NCBI GenBank assembly: GCA_964252035.1
Contig: CAXUOO010000127.1
Length of the DNA stretch: 64,000 nucleotides
Direction: 5' to 3' (one strand)
From: Podarcis erhardii
Lineage: Eukaryota
Positions within the stretch are counted from its first letter, which is position 1; every line of letters starts with the position of its first letter. The notes beneath the pieces were generated by a model. That model worked only from the letters and a program-made list of their open reading frames with translations, had not been told where the DNA came from and made no database searches. This document shows positions 52,418 through 64,000 of this stretch, in pieces. Position numbers and translations under genes: made by a program.

Positions 52418-54343
52418 TCACACTGCGTTTTCGGCCGCTGTCGCTGCCGCTGCCTCGTCATCGAGAAACTGCTTATACCTTTTTGTGTCCATCAAATGCC
52501 GCTGCAGACCTTGTAGTGTAGTAAGCAAATTTCTATCATTGTCGCGAACCCAGAAGAGATAGTCTCTTCCCCGCTTATCTGCTTCAGTCACTTGTGCTCC
52601 TGCTGCGCCGCCCTCGCCTGCAGTGCAGGCTGTCGCGACTTCACCATGTAACGCTGCTGCTTCCACGTAGAGAATTGAGCTGCTGCTGCTGCTTCGGTTG
52701 CTATGCTGGTAGTTTGGGTGAGACAGCACCAAAAGCTGCAGTTTGACGAGCCAGCCGTCACCTTCAGCATCCTGCCATATAAGCGCAGGCTGCTGCTCGA
52801 CGCCCTCATTCACAGCTAGCAGCAGCCCCTCGACTGGACTGTACGCTTCTGCCACACTTTTCAGAGATTCCAATGAGCACAGCGTGCTGTTGCGCCGCAC
52901 CCGCAACCAGCTTGGATGATTTTCCAGAGTTCCAGCTGCTGCATGTGGCGTCTGCGAAACAGCAGCTGTCTCACACTGCTGACTTCCCTGCTTCACTGTT
53001 GCACATACTTGCGTTCCACACGAACGCTGCTGCTCGAACTGCTCTGCTCCCTGCTGTGGCTCAATCTCCTGCTGCTGCTGCTGCTGTTGTCGCGCTCTCA
53101 CGGCAGCAGCTATAGGCTTGGTAAATTCACAGAAAACGACTTCTCCAATCTCTTCTGCTGCATGCTCGCTAATTCCTACGTACCCCACAAGTCGACACCT
53201 CAGCGAACACGATTCCACAGCATCTTTCTTTTCACCTTCCTTCGTACGAAAGGCAGCTCGAGTGCGTCTCTCGTCAGCATTATCGCTGCTGCTATCGCAG
53301 CTGGTATCAGCGTTGTCGAGCTCGAGCACAAGACGAACGTACTCATGCGTTTTGCTGTATAAAGATCCTAGGCAAACCTGACAGGCAGCCACACTGCCAG
53401 ACCCAGAAATAGCAGCAGCATTGTCAGACGCAGCAACAGTCGTGGTTGAAGACAAGGCAGCCAACGGGGATGTGGTGGAAGCAGCGACACTTCTTGTAGT
53501 ACCCGAGGTGCAGAGAGGGGAAATTCTGAGCGGGAATAGAGACGTAGTTGCAGCTGACATTTGTAGCGCAGGTGCCTCGCTAGTGCAAGTATTCAGCTCT
53601 GGAAATTTCACACACTTTGCGGATGCAGCCCTCTCCGCAGCAGCGGAAGCGGACTTTGTGCGGGGGTTGTTGCTGCTCAGCTGAAGAAACCTTGGAGAAA
53701 GAGAGACGGGAGATAGCTGCCGGTCAGCTTTGCAGCCTCTCCCGTGCTCCTGATGGACTCTACTCGGATAGTTAGGAATGCTAAACTTGTGAAATGCTCT
53801 CAGACGCGGGCTGAGTGCGTGCACTGCATGATCTGCGTTCGCTACTGTTGCAATTGCTATTGCTCTTGACAACCGTTCAAGCTCAACAACAGAAAGCGCT
53901 GATGTCGCGGCCCTTCTTCGTGCTCGACTGCGCGGTGTTGCTGTTACATGTCTTATTGCGGCTACTCGAATTTGACCCTCCGCTGCTGCGTGGGCGGTAC
54001 TTTTGTCTTTGAAGTTTTCAGTGTTCGTGTTGGTAAGAACAGGCCCTATGCTCCGAGCAGCCCTATCTCGCATTGCTGCAGACATGAAAGCAGCTGCGTC
54101 ACGAGGGGGTTTCACTGTTATTACACGTGTCCGCTGTGTTTGGTGTTGAATACATGCACAAGGAAAAGAGCACTGTATGCATGTGTGAGCTGCTGCCAAT
54201 AGCGACCGCTGCTGGCGTCTCATAGAGTTGCTGCTACAGCATGTGAGAGCAATTCCAAAACTGCCAGCTACTGCTCCTGCTGCTCTTCCTGCTACAGCAC
54301 CGGCCACAGCAAGTGGTATGACTGCTGGTAAATGTGCTGACAT
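52418..54343 (-). CDS. GCSH: Glycine cleavage system H-protein-like lipoyl carrier with long N-terminal extension and three insertions
   Basis: Uninterrupted 641-aa ORF with ordered H-protein motifs YSKTHEYV, VGYVGISEHAAEEIGEVVFCE, LESLKSVAEAYSPVEG (lipoyl Lys codon at 52859-52861), DGWLVKL and LMDTKRYKQFL. Hidden introns in the N-terminal half are not excluded. Confidence 0.88.
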   Translation of the reverse strand: MSAHLPAVIPLAVAGAVAGRAAGAVAGSFGIALTCCSSNSMRRQQRSLLAAAHTCIQCSFPCACIQHQTQRTRVITVKPPRDAAAFMSAAMRDRAARSIGPVLTNTNTENFKDKSTAHAAAEGQIRVAAIRHVTATPRSRARRRAATSALSVVELERLSRAIAIATVANADHAVHALSPRLRAFHKFSIPNYPSRVHQEHGRGCKADRQLSPVSLSPRFLQLSSNNPRTKSASAAAERAASAKCVKFPELNTCTSEAPALQMSAATTSLFPLRISPLCTSGTTRSVAASTTSPLAALSSTTTVAASDNAAAISGSGSVAACQVCLGSLYSKTHEYVRLVLELDNADTSCDSSSDNADERRTRAAFRTKEGEKKDAVESCSLRCRLVGYVGISEHAAEEIGEVVFCEFTKPIAAAVRARQQQQQQQEIEPQQGAEQFEQQRSCGTQVCATVKQGSQQCETAAVSQTPHAAAGTLENHPSWLRVRRNSTLCSLESLKSVAEAYSPVEGLLLAVNEGVEQQPALIWQDAEGDGWLVKLQLLVLSHPNYQHSNRSSSSSSILYVEAAALHGEVATACTAGEGGAAGAQVTEADKRGRDYLFWVRDNDRNLLTTLQGLQRHLMDTKRYKQFLDDEAAAATAAENAV

Positions 54344-54984
54344 AATTCTACTGGAGTCAACAGCAGCTTGAGCAGCAAAGTCGAATGCGCGGCAGCAGCT
54401 AGTGCTCTACACAATATTGGCAGTGGGTAATCGATATCATTGATTCCTTCGTGATGCAGTGTGCTCAAAAGAAAAAACAGTGCACAAAGAAGCTAAGTTC
54501 AGAAAAGTAGCAGCTATCAACAGCAACTAATACTTAGATTCAAACACGTATGTCAAGGCAAATTACATCGTACGCACGCATATATACGCACGAACATTTG
54601 TATTTTTGCAGCCATGCGCACATACGTTCCTACAATTTCACTACAAAACTCGAAAAGCTGAACAACATCTTTTTTTGACAGATTACAGGGATTGCGGTCA
54701 ACCGGTAAGGGCTAGAGCTGAGAGGTTCGAAACTTCGCGCGTCAATATGCATTTTTCCAATAACTCCTTCTTCAAATATTTAAGAGCTTCGCGCGATTTG
54801 TTAGCAGCCTCTCATTGTTCCTCTCTCTAATTTATAGGCCTACATATAAGTTGATTTACACAGTATATTCACGAGTTTGAATGCGTACGTGCATGTAGGC
54901 CAACGTGCAGATTTATACACGTATATATTAGTGCATTTTCATATCCATATAGATACTCATGCAAAGATACATATAATCAAATTG

Positions 54985-54988
<4 letters not shown>

Positions 54989-55020
<32 letters not shown>
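54989..55020. repeat. (AT)16 microsatellite
   Basis: Read directly. Confidence 0.95.
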
Positions 55021-55022
<2 letters not shown>

Positions 55023-56384
55023 CTACAATATGTCGTGATACAAGACAGACGAATAGAGAGTTACACGTCTATAGATTCAATTGATGAATTAGAGTGTTTC
55101 CGAGCAAATTTCACGATTTAAAGAACTAGATGTGCCCAGTATCTATTTTCATCGTATAAGCCTGTCTCTACATTTTGTAGAAGCACATAAGAAAACGAAA
55201 AGCAGAATTTAGAATCTATGCTTAGCTTGTCACAATTGAATTCAGTCCCGCATTGGTAAGGCGACTGTTGTGACAGTCTACAGGACGCTGATATTACCCA
55301 ACTTAAGACGCTTCAGCAACAACAGCTGCGTACAGCAAAAAAAATGACTGAAGTGCTGCAGATGCGGTTGCCACATTTTGGCGCCGTGGGCAGAGGTCGA
55401 ACTTTTGATGTTAACGTACTCAACTTGACAGCTGTATTGAAAAGATATATACTTGTAGAGCGAAAACATACACACATACGGACATCGTTGCATGCAAATA
55501 CACAACATATAAACATATGTATACATATATATATACACACAAACAAGCAGAGACTATATGGTATGGTTACATTTGTTCAGAAGTACAGTATATTCATGTA
55601 CACATATATATATGGTAGAGATCATCTCCACCTATAGACGTGGGCAATTGAGTATCAAAAAGCATCGCACAGAAGTACTCGATAATAACGGAATAGAAGC
55701 GGCCCCATGTTGACTGTTTCACCAGCACAACTGAAGCGTTCATATTAACTTAAAAATATTCCATAAACTGCCTTTTTAACGTTAACTCGTACTTTTCCGA
55801 ATGTACAGACAAACGTACAAACAAGTTTAATACTCATTCCTACCACATGCAGAGAGATTCACCCAGCGTACGAAAACAAGATCCGATCAAATCCAGAATT
55901 ATGTACTGCATACATATGCCCTTGATATTTGCATATATCAAGAGTATAATATCCACAAGCACACTGAATTCTATTCAATGTAATGCCCATCTTGTAATCG
56001 AACACAGAAGTTCATTCGCGCTGCTGCTGTTGCTGTGGCTACACATCTCAAGTGTAAGCAGCCTTAGAAGAGCTCCGATTAGAGTGAAAGCTTAGCCCTG
56101 TCCTTTGTTGATACCACTGCTAGCGACAAGCAGCAACATTTGAGCAGAAACTCCAAATCATTTTTATGGGGCTACCGCGCTACAGTGTCCACCGCAACAT
56201 TTCACCAGCGGCTGCAGCAAGCGACAGAAACAGCGACAACGGCAGCTACACTAGCACGATCACGGCCAGCAGGAGAAAAAGAGACGTGTACATACACCGT
56301 TTAATAATCGCATTTGCACACACAGCAGCAGCTGGATGAAAGGAGATCGCTGTTTGAAGACATACACTCATATGTAGGATTACG

Positions 56385-56388
<4 letters not shown>

Positions 56389-56456
<68 letters not shown>
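56389..56456. repeat. (AT)34 microsatellite, longest in the window
   Basis: Read directly. Confidence 0.95.
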
Positions 56457-56458
<2 letters not shown>

Positions 56459-58129
56459 GTACGCAGCCGCTTTACTGATGCGCTGTTGCCTCTGTTGTTA
56501 CTGCCCTATCGGAAAAGAACCACATAACTGCGGCAACTCGGATAAAGTGATAACGATGTATTCGGCTGCTGCTGATAGTGCATAGAGCAATTTTGCATGC
56601 AGCAATAGACGAGGCGCAGGTGTCTTCACCAGAGCTGCAGGCGTCAGCGGTGAGCGAACAAGTAGCCTCAGCTAATAAAAGCAGCAACAGCGACTGGATC
56701 GGACGGGTAAACATTTTGCAGCAACAGACTATTACATTCTGGCGGAAGTTCAGCAGCTGTCTTGTTCGTGTCGTGTAAGCAAAGCCAAAAATTTCGTTAC
56801 CGTGTGTATTCTTACATTATACTGCGGGAATCTGGGAAGTTTTCCCGCGATAATTACAAATTGTGTGCGTTGTGTTCACCTTCGTGGCAATCTCTTCTTT
56901 TTATTCAACCCCTTCTTTCGCTCTTCTTGCTTTTTCCGGCCCTCTCTATTTTCCGTCCACAATTGTCTACTCCGTTGTGCGCAATTACCATTTTTCAACG
57001 GGGTGAACTCCGCAAAAATCCGAAGATCAAGCACACTAGCAACAACAGCAAACTTTGCGCGGCAGCAGCAGCAACAGCAATCTGGCAGAAGCGTGCGTTG
57101 TGTCACCTGCAGAATCAACGATAGGCACTCGCCCATCAGTGCAGGCAACAGAAAGCACCGGACATCTGCAGGAGTAGTAGCGATGATAGCACATATCTCA
57201 TGTAGGAATTGAAGGAGCAGTAGCAGCAGTAGACCACCACACACAATGACCAGAGGAAACTGCTATAGAGAACTCAGCTGCGACAGGTAAACATGTATCA
57301 CTGGCAGGACACCCATAACAGCAGCAGTCTTAGATTTTGTGAAGATGAAACGAGCAACGGGCAGCACCAAACGCCACACGGCCAGGGCGCGACGACAGAT
57401 CCGACTTTACAGCAATAGGAAGGAACATGCTACGGTACACACACCTCTTTGAAGCAGGTGGACGAAAGCAGCAGCAGCAATCGAATTCGACACAGCAACA
57501 CATACGCATACACGAGACGAAAAACAGCAGCCTCAACAGCGAAGTGGACCCCAGCAGCCACGCCCGTCCATAGAGATAGTCTTTCCTGTCCCCAAAAGCA
57601 GCTCACGGAACAACAACTGCAGGTTTTCGCTATAAAGTAAAATCGCCGCCCAGCAGCAGGCGCAGCACTTCAATGTCGCAACAGCTTCCTCAGCCGTCTC
57701 GTTCACGCTGAGATTGTCTTTGAAAGCAGCAGTTTTCCGGAGCTGAGAGTGCACGATCAGCAGTGATACATTTGTGTGTAAAAAAGCAGCATGAGCACTC
57801 TTGCTGCGAGACAGAGAAGCCCGATACTGTTTGCACTGTCATTATCGACTGAATTCATCTCAGTGCAGCAAGTGCGGGTACTCCGATAATTACAAGACCA
57901 GCAGGCGTCGTTGCGCAGCAGCTGTCGCCGCAAGTGCAGAAGGGCAACAGGAGCTCAGCAGCGCAGCAACTTTTGCCATGCAGCAGGTCCCGCGCTAGCA
58001 TGAGTTGTACGTACAGGCAGGCAGTTCGTTCCGACTACAAAGAAGCAGCAGCGTGTTTGCTGAGTCTCGAAAGCAGCAAGAGCAAAGTGTGCAGTTTTAG
58101 TTTCTGCTTAGGCGAACCAGGACAGAGAG

Positions 58130-61100
58130 ATGGAGGAGAGCGCAACACAAGTTTCAGCTGGTTCCTGTTGGAGAACGGGTCAGCCAGCGCATGCATCAGC
58201 GACAGACACAGAAGAGACAGCCTCCCTGCTGCAGCAACAAGAGCGCGTTCGCGCAATGGTAGCTGCACTCTACACCAGACAACGAGGGGACTCTGCTTGT
58301 GTCATATCGCCCGCAGAAGCGAATGTTTTTCTCGCAAATTTTCAGCAGCAGCCTGCAGCCTGGTCTGTGTGTGTCTCCTTTCTCAACCGCTTTTCACAGC
58401 AGCAACAGCAGCTGCAGCCTCAGCAGGCTAATGAAGACGAAGAGGCGCTGATTTACTTTGCTGCGCAGACACTGGCCGCCCAGGGACGAGCAGGCTTTCC
58501 GCAGCAGCTGCAACTACTGCTGAACGAGCGCTTTCGCAACAACCATGCAGCAGCAGATGCTGCAGCTTCTGAGCAACAGATGCATTGCACTGCTGGCGAC
58601 AGCGCTGTGAAAGCTGCTGCAGTTTCTGCGGCCTTCGACGAACTGCGCTGCGGCTTAGTGCAGCTGCTCTTTGGCTGTCGCTCAGCAGCGCATGCAGTCA
58701 CCAGGCAACTCGCAATCACTGTTGCTGACGCTCTCGCTTTCGAAGCTGCCTCCTCCTCTTCCTCCTCCAGCAGCAGCAGCAACAGCCCTGCTGCTGTGTC
58801 TGCTGAAGATGGAGCAGAAAAAGAGCAGTTGCGTCGAATGTCGACAAAGCTGGACCAAGTATTTGTGGCTCTTGGGCAAAACGCTGGTGCTGCAGGTGCC
58901 GGCTCTTTGCTGGAGTTGTTAATTGCCCTACCGGAAGAGTTGTGCAGCAAACGGTAGAGTCTGTGTATCTGTCCTACAGCTACACCTCGAAAGGCTGTCT
59001 CTTGTTTTCTGCTCTCTTTGTGTCGCGGCGCTCCTGATGGTCTTCCTATTCCTCACGCGCTTGAACCACCTAAAAAACTCAGTTTTACACAGTCACACAG
59101 TACGAAAGAATTCTGTACGTATATATCTACATATCTATATATATATATGTATGTCGATGCGTAGGTTGCAGTGCTGCTGTTTGAGAAAGGTTGACTGCTG
59201 CCACGCGGTGCTGGTGATGAGGTTTCTATGTGCTGGCTGGGTTTGGTTTTCTTTGTTTTTTCGCCTCTGCAAGAGGGGGCGGGATGCTGCTGCTGTTATG
59301 TAGCCGACTCTTCTGGTTGTTTGCTTTGTTGGCTGTCTCAAACGCGAAACACAGTATCTATATTGCTGTATAAATATGTATATTGCTGGCGCTACTTTGA
59401 CTGGCAAGTTACACTTGCGCTACATATGTGCTGCTGCGTGCAGATTATCCTTGCCAGAGACGAGTCGACTGCAAATTCTTACAGCCACGTTGCAGCGGTA
59501 TTCCGCTGATGTCTTTATTTGCGCTGCGTCTCTTCACCATTTTGCTGTTTTTTTAATGAACGAAAATGCACAGCACGGGCAAATGATGCATGCAGAGACG
59601 CAGAAGAAGTGTGTGGAAGCCGCTTACTTGAAGAAATGTGAGTACAGCTCTTGCAAGCTTCCTCGTTGCGTATGACATGCTCGACTTTTTTTCAAGCACT
59701 GCTCGCTTTCCTTCACGTGCGTTTGGTGTGCAGGAGTTCTGCAGCAGAAAAGAGATAGACATGTCCCCACACACATCCTCTTCAGTGGTGTGTGTGTGTG
59801 TGCAAGTTAGACATATTGGAGTCCTCTATATATACATATGGAGTGATCATTGCATTTGACACACACACACACAGACGATACCAGTGCACACATTATTCAA
59901 TAATAACACACACGGCGCGAAGAAGAAGAGAGTTTTGAACAGACGCGTATCTGCAGGTTTCAACATTTTCGACGCAACCTAAATTAGTCTAGGCGTATCT
60001 TTTTTTTTGTGCGCATTCTTCACCGTCGTATACACAACATGCACAAGGCTGCCCACCCGTTTTGGTACAGATTCAAGAGGGGAACTTGACGAGTGTGTGT
60101 CAGCGCGGGTCTAGCGTTTGAGTCGATTTTTCAAAGCACTTTCCAGTGCATTTTTCCTGGAATTTTTTCTGTAGGTCTGTGTAGGTCGTCTGGCTGCTAC
60201 GCTTGTTGTTTTGCATGCAGCAGCTGCGAACCCTGAACTTCTGCATGTAAAAGTGTGCTTGTGCTGTGTGTGCGAGTGTGTGCAGGTGCAGTGCACGCCA
60301 TTCGAGCGTGGATTTCTGCCCACTCACACTTGCTTTCTTCACTGCCCGCACTAGCTGCGTGTACACCGCCTCTGCACAACGCCGCAATTGCATGCTGCAA
60401 ATCACTGTTTCTCGGTCTGCAACAGAAAAAGCCTTCCTCTCACTTCACCGACGCCGCCACCACTGCCTTGCGGGGGCACCAAAGTGCGGCTACTGATACG
60501 AATACGATCGCTACTACAAGCTCGACTAGCACTACCACCACTGTTCCTGCATGCGCTTCTAGCAGAACTGCTGCGTCTGCTGGAGACAGCAGTTCGTCGG
60601 CTTTGGAAGTGCTGCTGCAGACGCTGCAGAACTTTGCGCGTGATTTGCAGGCGACGCAGCAGTTGTTGCTGTCTGAGGCAATACGTGGCCGTGAATTGGA
60701 AGCTTTGCAGGAAGCTAGCGAAGCTGCTGCTGGTGTGACTGCGCTGGCTGCTGCTGTTGCATCGTTGCAGCAACAAGCAGAGCAGGAAAGAGTGGCAGAA
60801 GAGGCCGCAGTCGAGTCGCAGTCCTACTACTTGCAGCACCCACAGCAGCAGATGTATCTTTCTTCTATGCAGCAGGTCGTGAGCGAGCTTGTGGTTGTGG
60901 GCTACGGGCCCGCTTGTGCTGCAAAGGAGGCCCAGCTTTTGCACTCGGAGGTGAAGCTCGAGCCTCGCTTCTTTCTTCTGTGTGTGCGTGCATGCGCGTA
61001 GTCTACATGACTTGAGAAACTGTCTGAGAAGTCCTCTCTTAGTAGATGTGGCTTGTCTGTTTTTCGCGACAAAACGAAGGAAGCATCGATTCGTGGATGC

Positions 61101-64000
61101 ATCGAGACGGATGTGGCTCACTGAGTGTGCAGACTCTTTTTGTTCATGTCGGCAAAGAAGGGCCGCAAATCGGTGTGCAAGTCACCTACACTTGTGTGTA
61201 TGCAAAGATGAATATCTCCCACATAGCTGTATGTATAGAGAAGGATGACGCTATCTCCTCCCACGTATCTGTATGTGTAGAGAAGGATGACGCTATCTCC
61301 TCCCATGTATCTGTATGTGTAGAAAAGGATGACGCTATCTCCTCCCATGTATCTGTATGTGTAGAAAAGGATGACGCTATCTCCTCCCATATATCTGTAT
61401 GTGTAGAGAAGGATGACGCTATCTTCAGCGTATTGTTGTGTGTGCGCAGTTTCGACGTCTGTCTGTGTCTGTTGGATGTGGAGGGTCCTTTCATGTTTTC
61501 GTCGTAACGTTGCTGCCGTACGCGAGAAATCTAACACTGATTTTACTGATCTCCTGCAGCGTACTTTTCCGTCGTCGTGGAAGTACAAAGGAAGGCGACT
61601 CCTGCCCTTTTGTTTTGGAGTGCACAAATACTTGCTCATTCATACGCAAGCTGATCTTGACGGGGTCTCTCGAGCTTGCATCTGATGAAAGGAATTACCT
61701 GCAATTCCACGAAGTCTGCATCTACTGCTTCCGTATTTGGCTCTTTTTCGTATGTGTATGTCTACCAATTCCTGTGTGTAGGAGTGGGAGATACCTCTGT
61801 GTAGACGGTAGAATTTCGACGTAGAAAACTCGATCCGCTTCTGGTGGCCCTGCATGGCCTGCACCCTCCATTCTACATATGTGTGTATATATATATATAT
61901 ATGTATATATATCTGCGTGATTGATGAACTGCTGCAGATGACAGAGTGGGACGCAGAGAGTTTGCAAGGGTTTTCAGTGGGCTTGTTGGAGTGCGCGAAA
62001 GAAGTCTTGCCTGCTTATCTGCACCACGAGAACTGGCCAGTTTTCGCTCTGCAGCAGACTAGCCCCTTTTCGCTTGCTGCTGATGCTGGTGCTGTTGTTG
62101 CTTCTTCTTCCAGCACCTCTGAGAGCAGTGCTGGGCAAAAAACAGCTAGAGCGGCAGCAGCGAGCCAGATCTGCAGCTTTGCGCTGCATGTGCTGCTGAA
62201 GCATGCAGACTCTTCTTTGAACGTAAAAGAAGCAGGTCTGGACTTCCACTACAACTTGCTCTTTCACTTCATGACGCTGGCGACGCAGCAGCAACAACTG
62301 CTGCAGCACCTGCAGCAGCTTCAACTCGAGCAGAAACAGCTGGCAGAGTTTCCGCATGCAGAGCAAGCACCTGCTGCTGCAAAAGAAGAAGAAGGCAGAA
62401 GCCACGGCAGTGGCAACCACGAGGGGCTCCGAGTCGATGCTGCCCCCAAAACAGAAACTCTCGACGCTGCCTCTGCTACTACTATCGCTACTACTACTAT
62501 CGCCACTACTACTACTATCGCTACTACTGCTACTGCTTCTGGGGGAAGTGGAGGAGCGGAAGAAAAGGACGACTGCTACTCCTACTACTACTACAGCAAC
62601 AATAACAGTGGTGGTAGCAGCACGAGTAGTCGTAGTCGAGAGGTGGCTGCGGCTGCTGCAGCTTGTGCGCAGTTGACTCGCGTTTTGGAGACTAAGCGGC
62701 AACACTTGCTGCCCATTATGTCTGCATTTTTAGAGGCGCTTCTGCAGGAAGCCGTGCCTCCTTCTGCTGCTGCAGTCTTGCAAGGCGACGACGAAAGTGG
62801 GGCTGGTTTGACAGGCTGCTTTTCCTTTCGCAACAAGCAGTTGCTTCATCGCGAACCGCTGGATTTAGAGCGCTGGGGCAAGTTGAGAGACGAATTTGCT
62901 GTCAACATCGCCGAAGCTACCACGCTCGTCACTGGACGTTCGCAAATCATTCAACAAACTCTCAGCTACTTGCACGATGCGCTGCGTCGAGTCGAAGAAG
63001 AAGCTGTCGCTGCAGCTGTAATGCTTCACTCCTCTCTCTCTATGCACTGATCTCTTCTGTGTTCGTGCATACTAGTCGGAGATCTCTGTGTGTGTGTCTT
63101 TTCTCCTTGAACGTCTCTCTCTCCTCTTTTTTTAAACGTGACTTTGTGTATTCGCTTTCTTTGTGTGTGAATTCACGCACACGGCTGCGCAGATATCTCT
63201 GAAATCGACTCTCGTTTGTTTGTACGGACACTGGTGTGGTGGTAACAAGGAACGCAGAAGGATCTTCGTACTTAGAATACCAAAAAGTTCAGCAGTTTGT
63301 TTTCTTGCAAATTGTATTTCTTGATACGCTTTCTGCGTAGGTGTGCGTAGATGTAGCAGATTGTCTCACAGTCGTGCGTGATTGGAGAGTTCCTAAAATG
63401 CACCCGTACGAGTTTCCGTGCTGCATGTAAATATGAGTGCGACGCTGCATTCCTCTCGTATCCATCAAGGTGTGTGAATGAATGGGTTTCGCTTGCTGTG
63501 AATACTCACTCCGTAATAATAAGAATAATGTGCAAGTGCAAGTAAGCTCTCGGATGGTTACAAACCAGTTGTAATGTCAGCAGTTTCACCCTCGCAGCGT
63601 ATGAATGTACGCTGTGTACACATGTGCATGTGCAAAAAACGCATCAGCTGGCCTCTTTTTAGCCCCTTTTTGCTTGTGCGTGAATGCAGAAAGCAGCAGC
63701 AGCTACACGAGCAGACACAGCAGCTGCTGATGGAGTCGAACCGTGGCAGCATATAGAGGGCTGTTTGTTCATGTTGACTACTCTCGCACCTCGCTGTAGA
63801 GCCGACGAATGCAACTTCATTCCTCTCACGTTGGAACTGCTGCCTCGATTGCTGCTGCCTTTCGATTCGCCCAAGGCGGCTGAAGCAGAGACAGCAGCAG
63901 ACAAGTGGGATTTCTTCGGCGAAAGAAAGAAGCAGCTAGTTGCGACAGAGAGAGAGGCCCGAAAGAAGGAAGTCGCTGCTTTGTTTCTCTACACTGCTGC
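58130..64000 (+). CDS. TNPO3: Transportin-3 / Mtr10 / TRN-SR-like importin-beta family protein (5' part; continues past the window)
   Basis: Exons 58130-58953, 59444-59637, 60286-60950, 61938-63017 and 63690->64000, all GT-AG and in phase. Motifs as recalled for TNPO3: ALY..EANVFLANFQQQPAAW, YFAAQTL, VTRQLAITVADAL, LLELLIALPEELCSKRL, AIRAW, GLDFHYNL, LRDEFAVNIAE, PWQHIEGCLFMLTTLA. The last exon is missing from the ORF track because it has no start codon. Confidence 0.85.
61205..61423. repeat. 42-bp minisatellite (~5 copies) in transportin-3 intron 3
   Basis: gtatgtgtaga(g/a)aaggatgacgctatctcctccca(c/t)gtatct units start at 61229, 61271, 61313, 61355 and 61397 (partial), with a degenerate partial unit before them. 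Confidence 0.96.
62480..62640 (+). repeat. Coding (ACT)n/(CTA)n-derived low-complexity insert (TTIATTTIATTTTIAT..YYYY..NNN) in transportin-3
   Basis: gctactactatcgctactactactatcgccactactactactatcg.. and ctactactac read directly within exon 4. Confidence 0.85.

Larger units (their letters stand above)
54344..58129. promoter_or_regulatory. Divergent intergenic region between the H-protein and transportin-3 genes; contains TGCATGCA octamers
   Basis: The flanking genes are head-to-head. TGCATGCA occurs at 55489-55496 and 56594-56601; this octamer is a known over-represented ApiAP2-type motif in apicomplexans. Function here is inferred. Confidence 0.4.

Noticed and set aside
61205-61423. Possible CRISPR-like array
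   Set aside because: Contiguous identical units with no unique spacers, in a eukaryotic intron, with no cas genes.
61560-61714. Extra transportin-3 exon (acceptor ctcctgcag at 61559)
   Set aside because: Phase is incompatible with the 60950 donor (stop at 61683-61685), while 60950 joins 61938 cleanly.
1-64000. tRNA, rRNA, snoRNA or intact LTR retrotransposon
   Set aside because: No cloverleaf, rRNA-like segment, clear C/D box pair, LTR pair or RT (YxDD)/integrase motif was seen by eye. tRNAscan-SE, Infernal and LTRharvest would be needed to exclude them formally.

Overview
Eukaryotic, intron-rich genomic DNA. CAG/GCA-derived poly-Q/A/S tracts in coding sequence, (TA)n-rich introns and TGCATGCA octamers point to a coccidian apicomplexan of the Eimeria/Cyclospora type (inference). 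Four genes are recognisable by family motifs recalled from memory, with no database search run: a ~16-exon RRP12 on the minus strand (~29.2 to 8.6 kb), an ODA1/DC2 (ODAD1/CCDC114-like) dynein docking subunit on the plus strand from 42.3 kb, a lipoyl-carrier H-protein (minus, 52.4-54.3 kb), and a transportin-3/Mtr10-like importin-beta (plus, 58.1 kb to the window end). A two-TM hypothetical gene (minus, ~36.1 to 32.9 kb) can also be assembled. Main observations: (1) phase-compatible plus-strand exon-like islands are interleaved through the long RRP12 introns, suggesting an unannotated antisense nested gene; (2) the DC2 gene appears to splice into a ~1,700-aa low-complexity extension (~2,450 aa total); (3) RRP12 and the TM gene carry many 1-bp frameshifts, mostly in short homopolymers and most likely consensus errors, so the ORF track badly fragments them. 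No rRNA, tRNA, CRISPR array or recognisable intact mobile element was seen.
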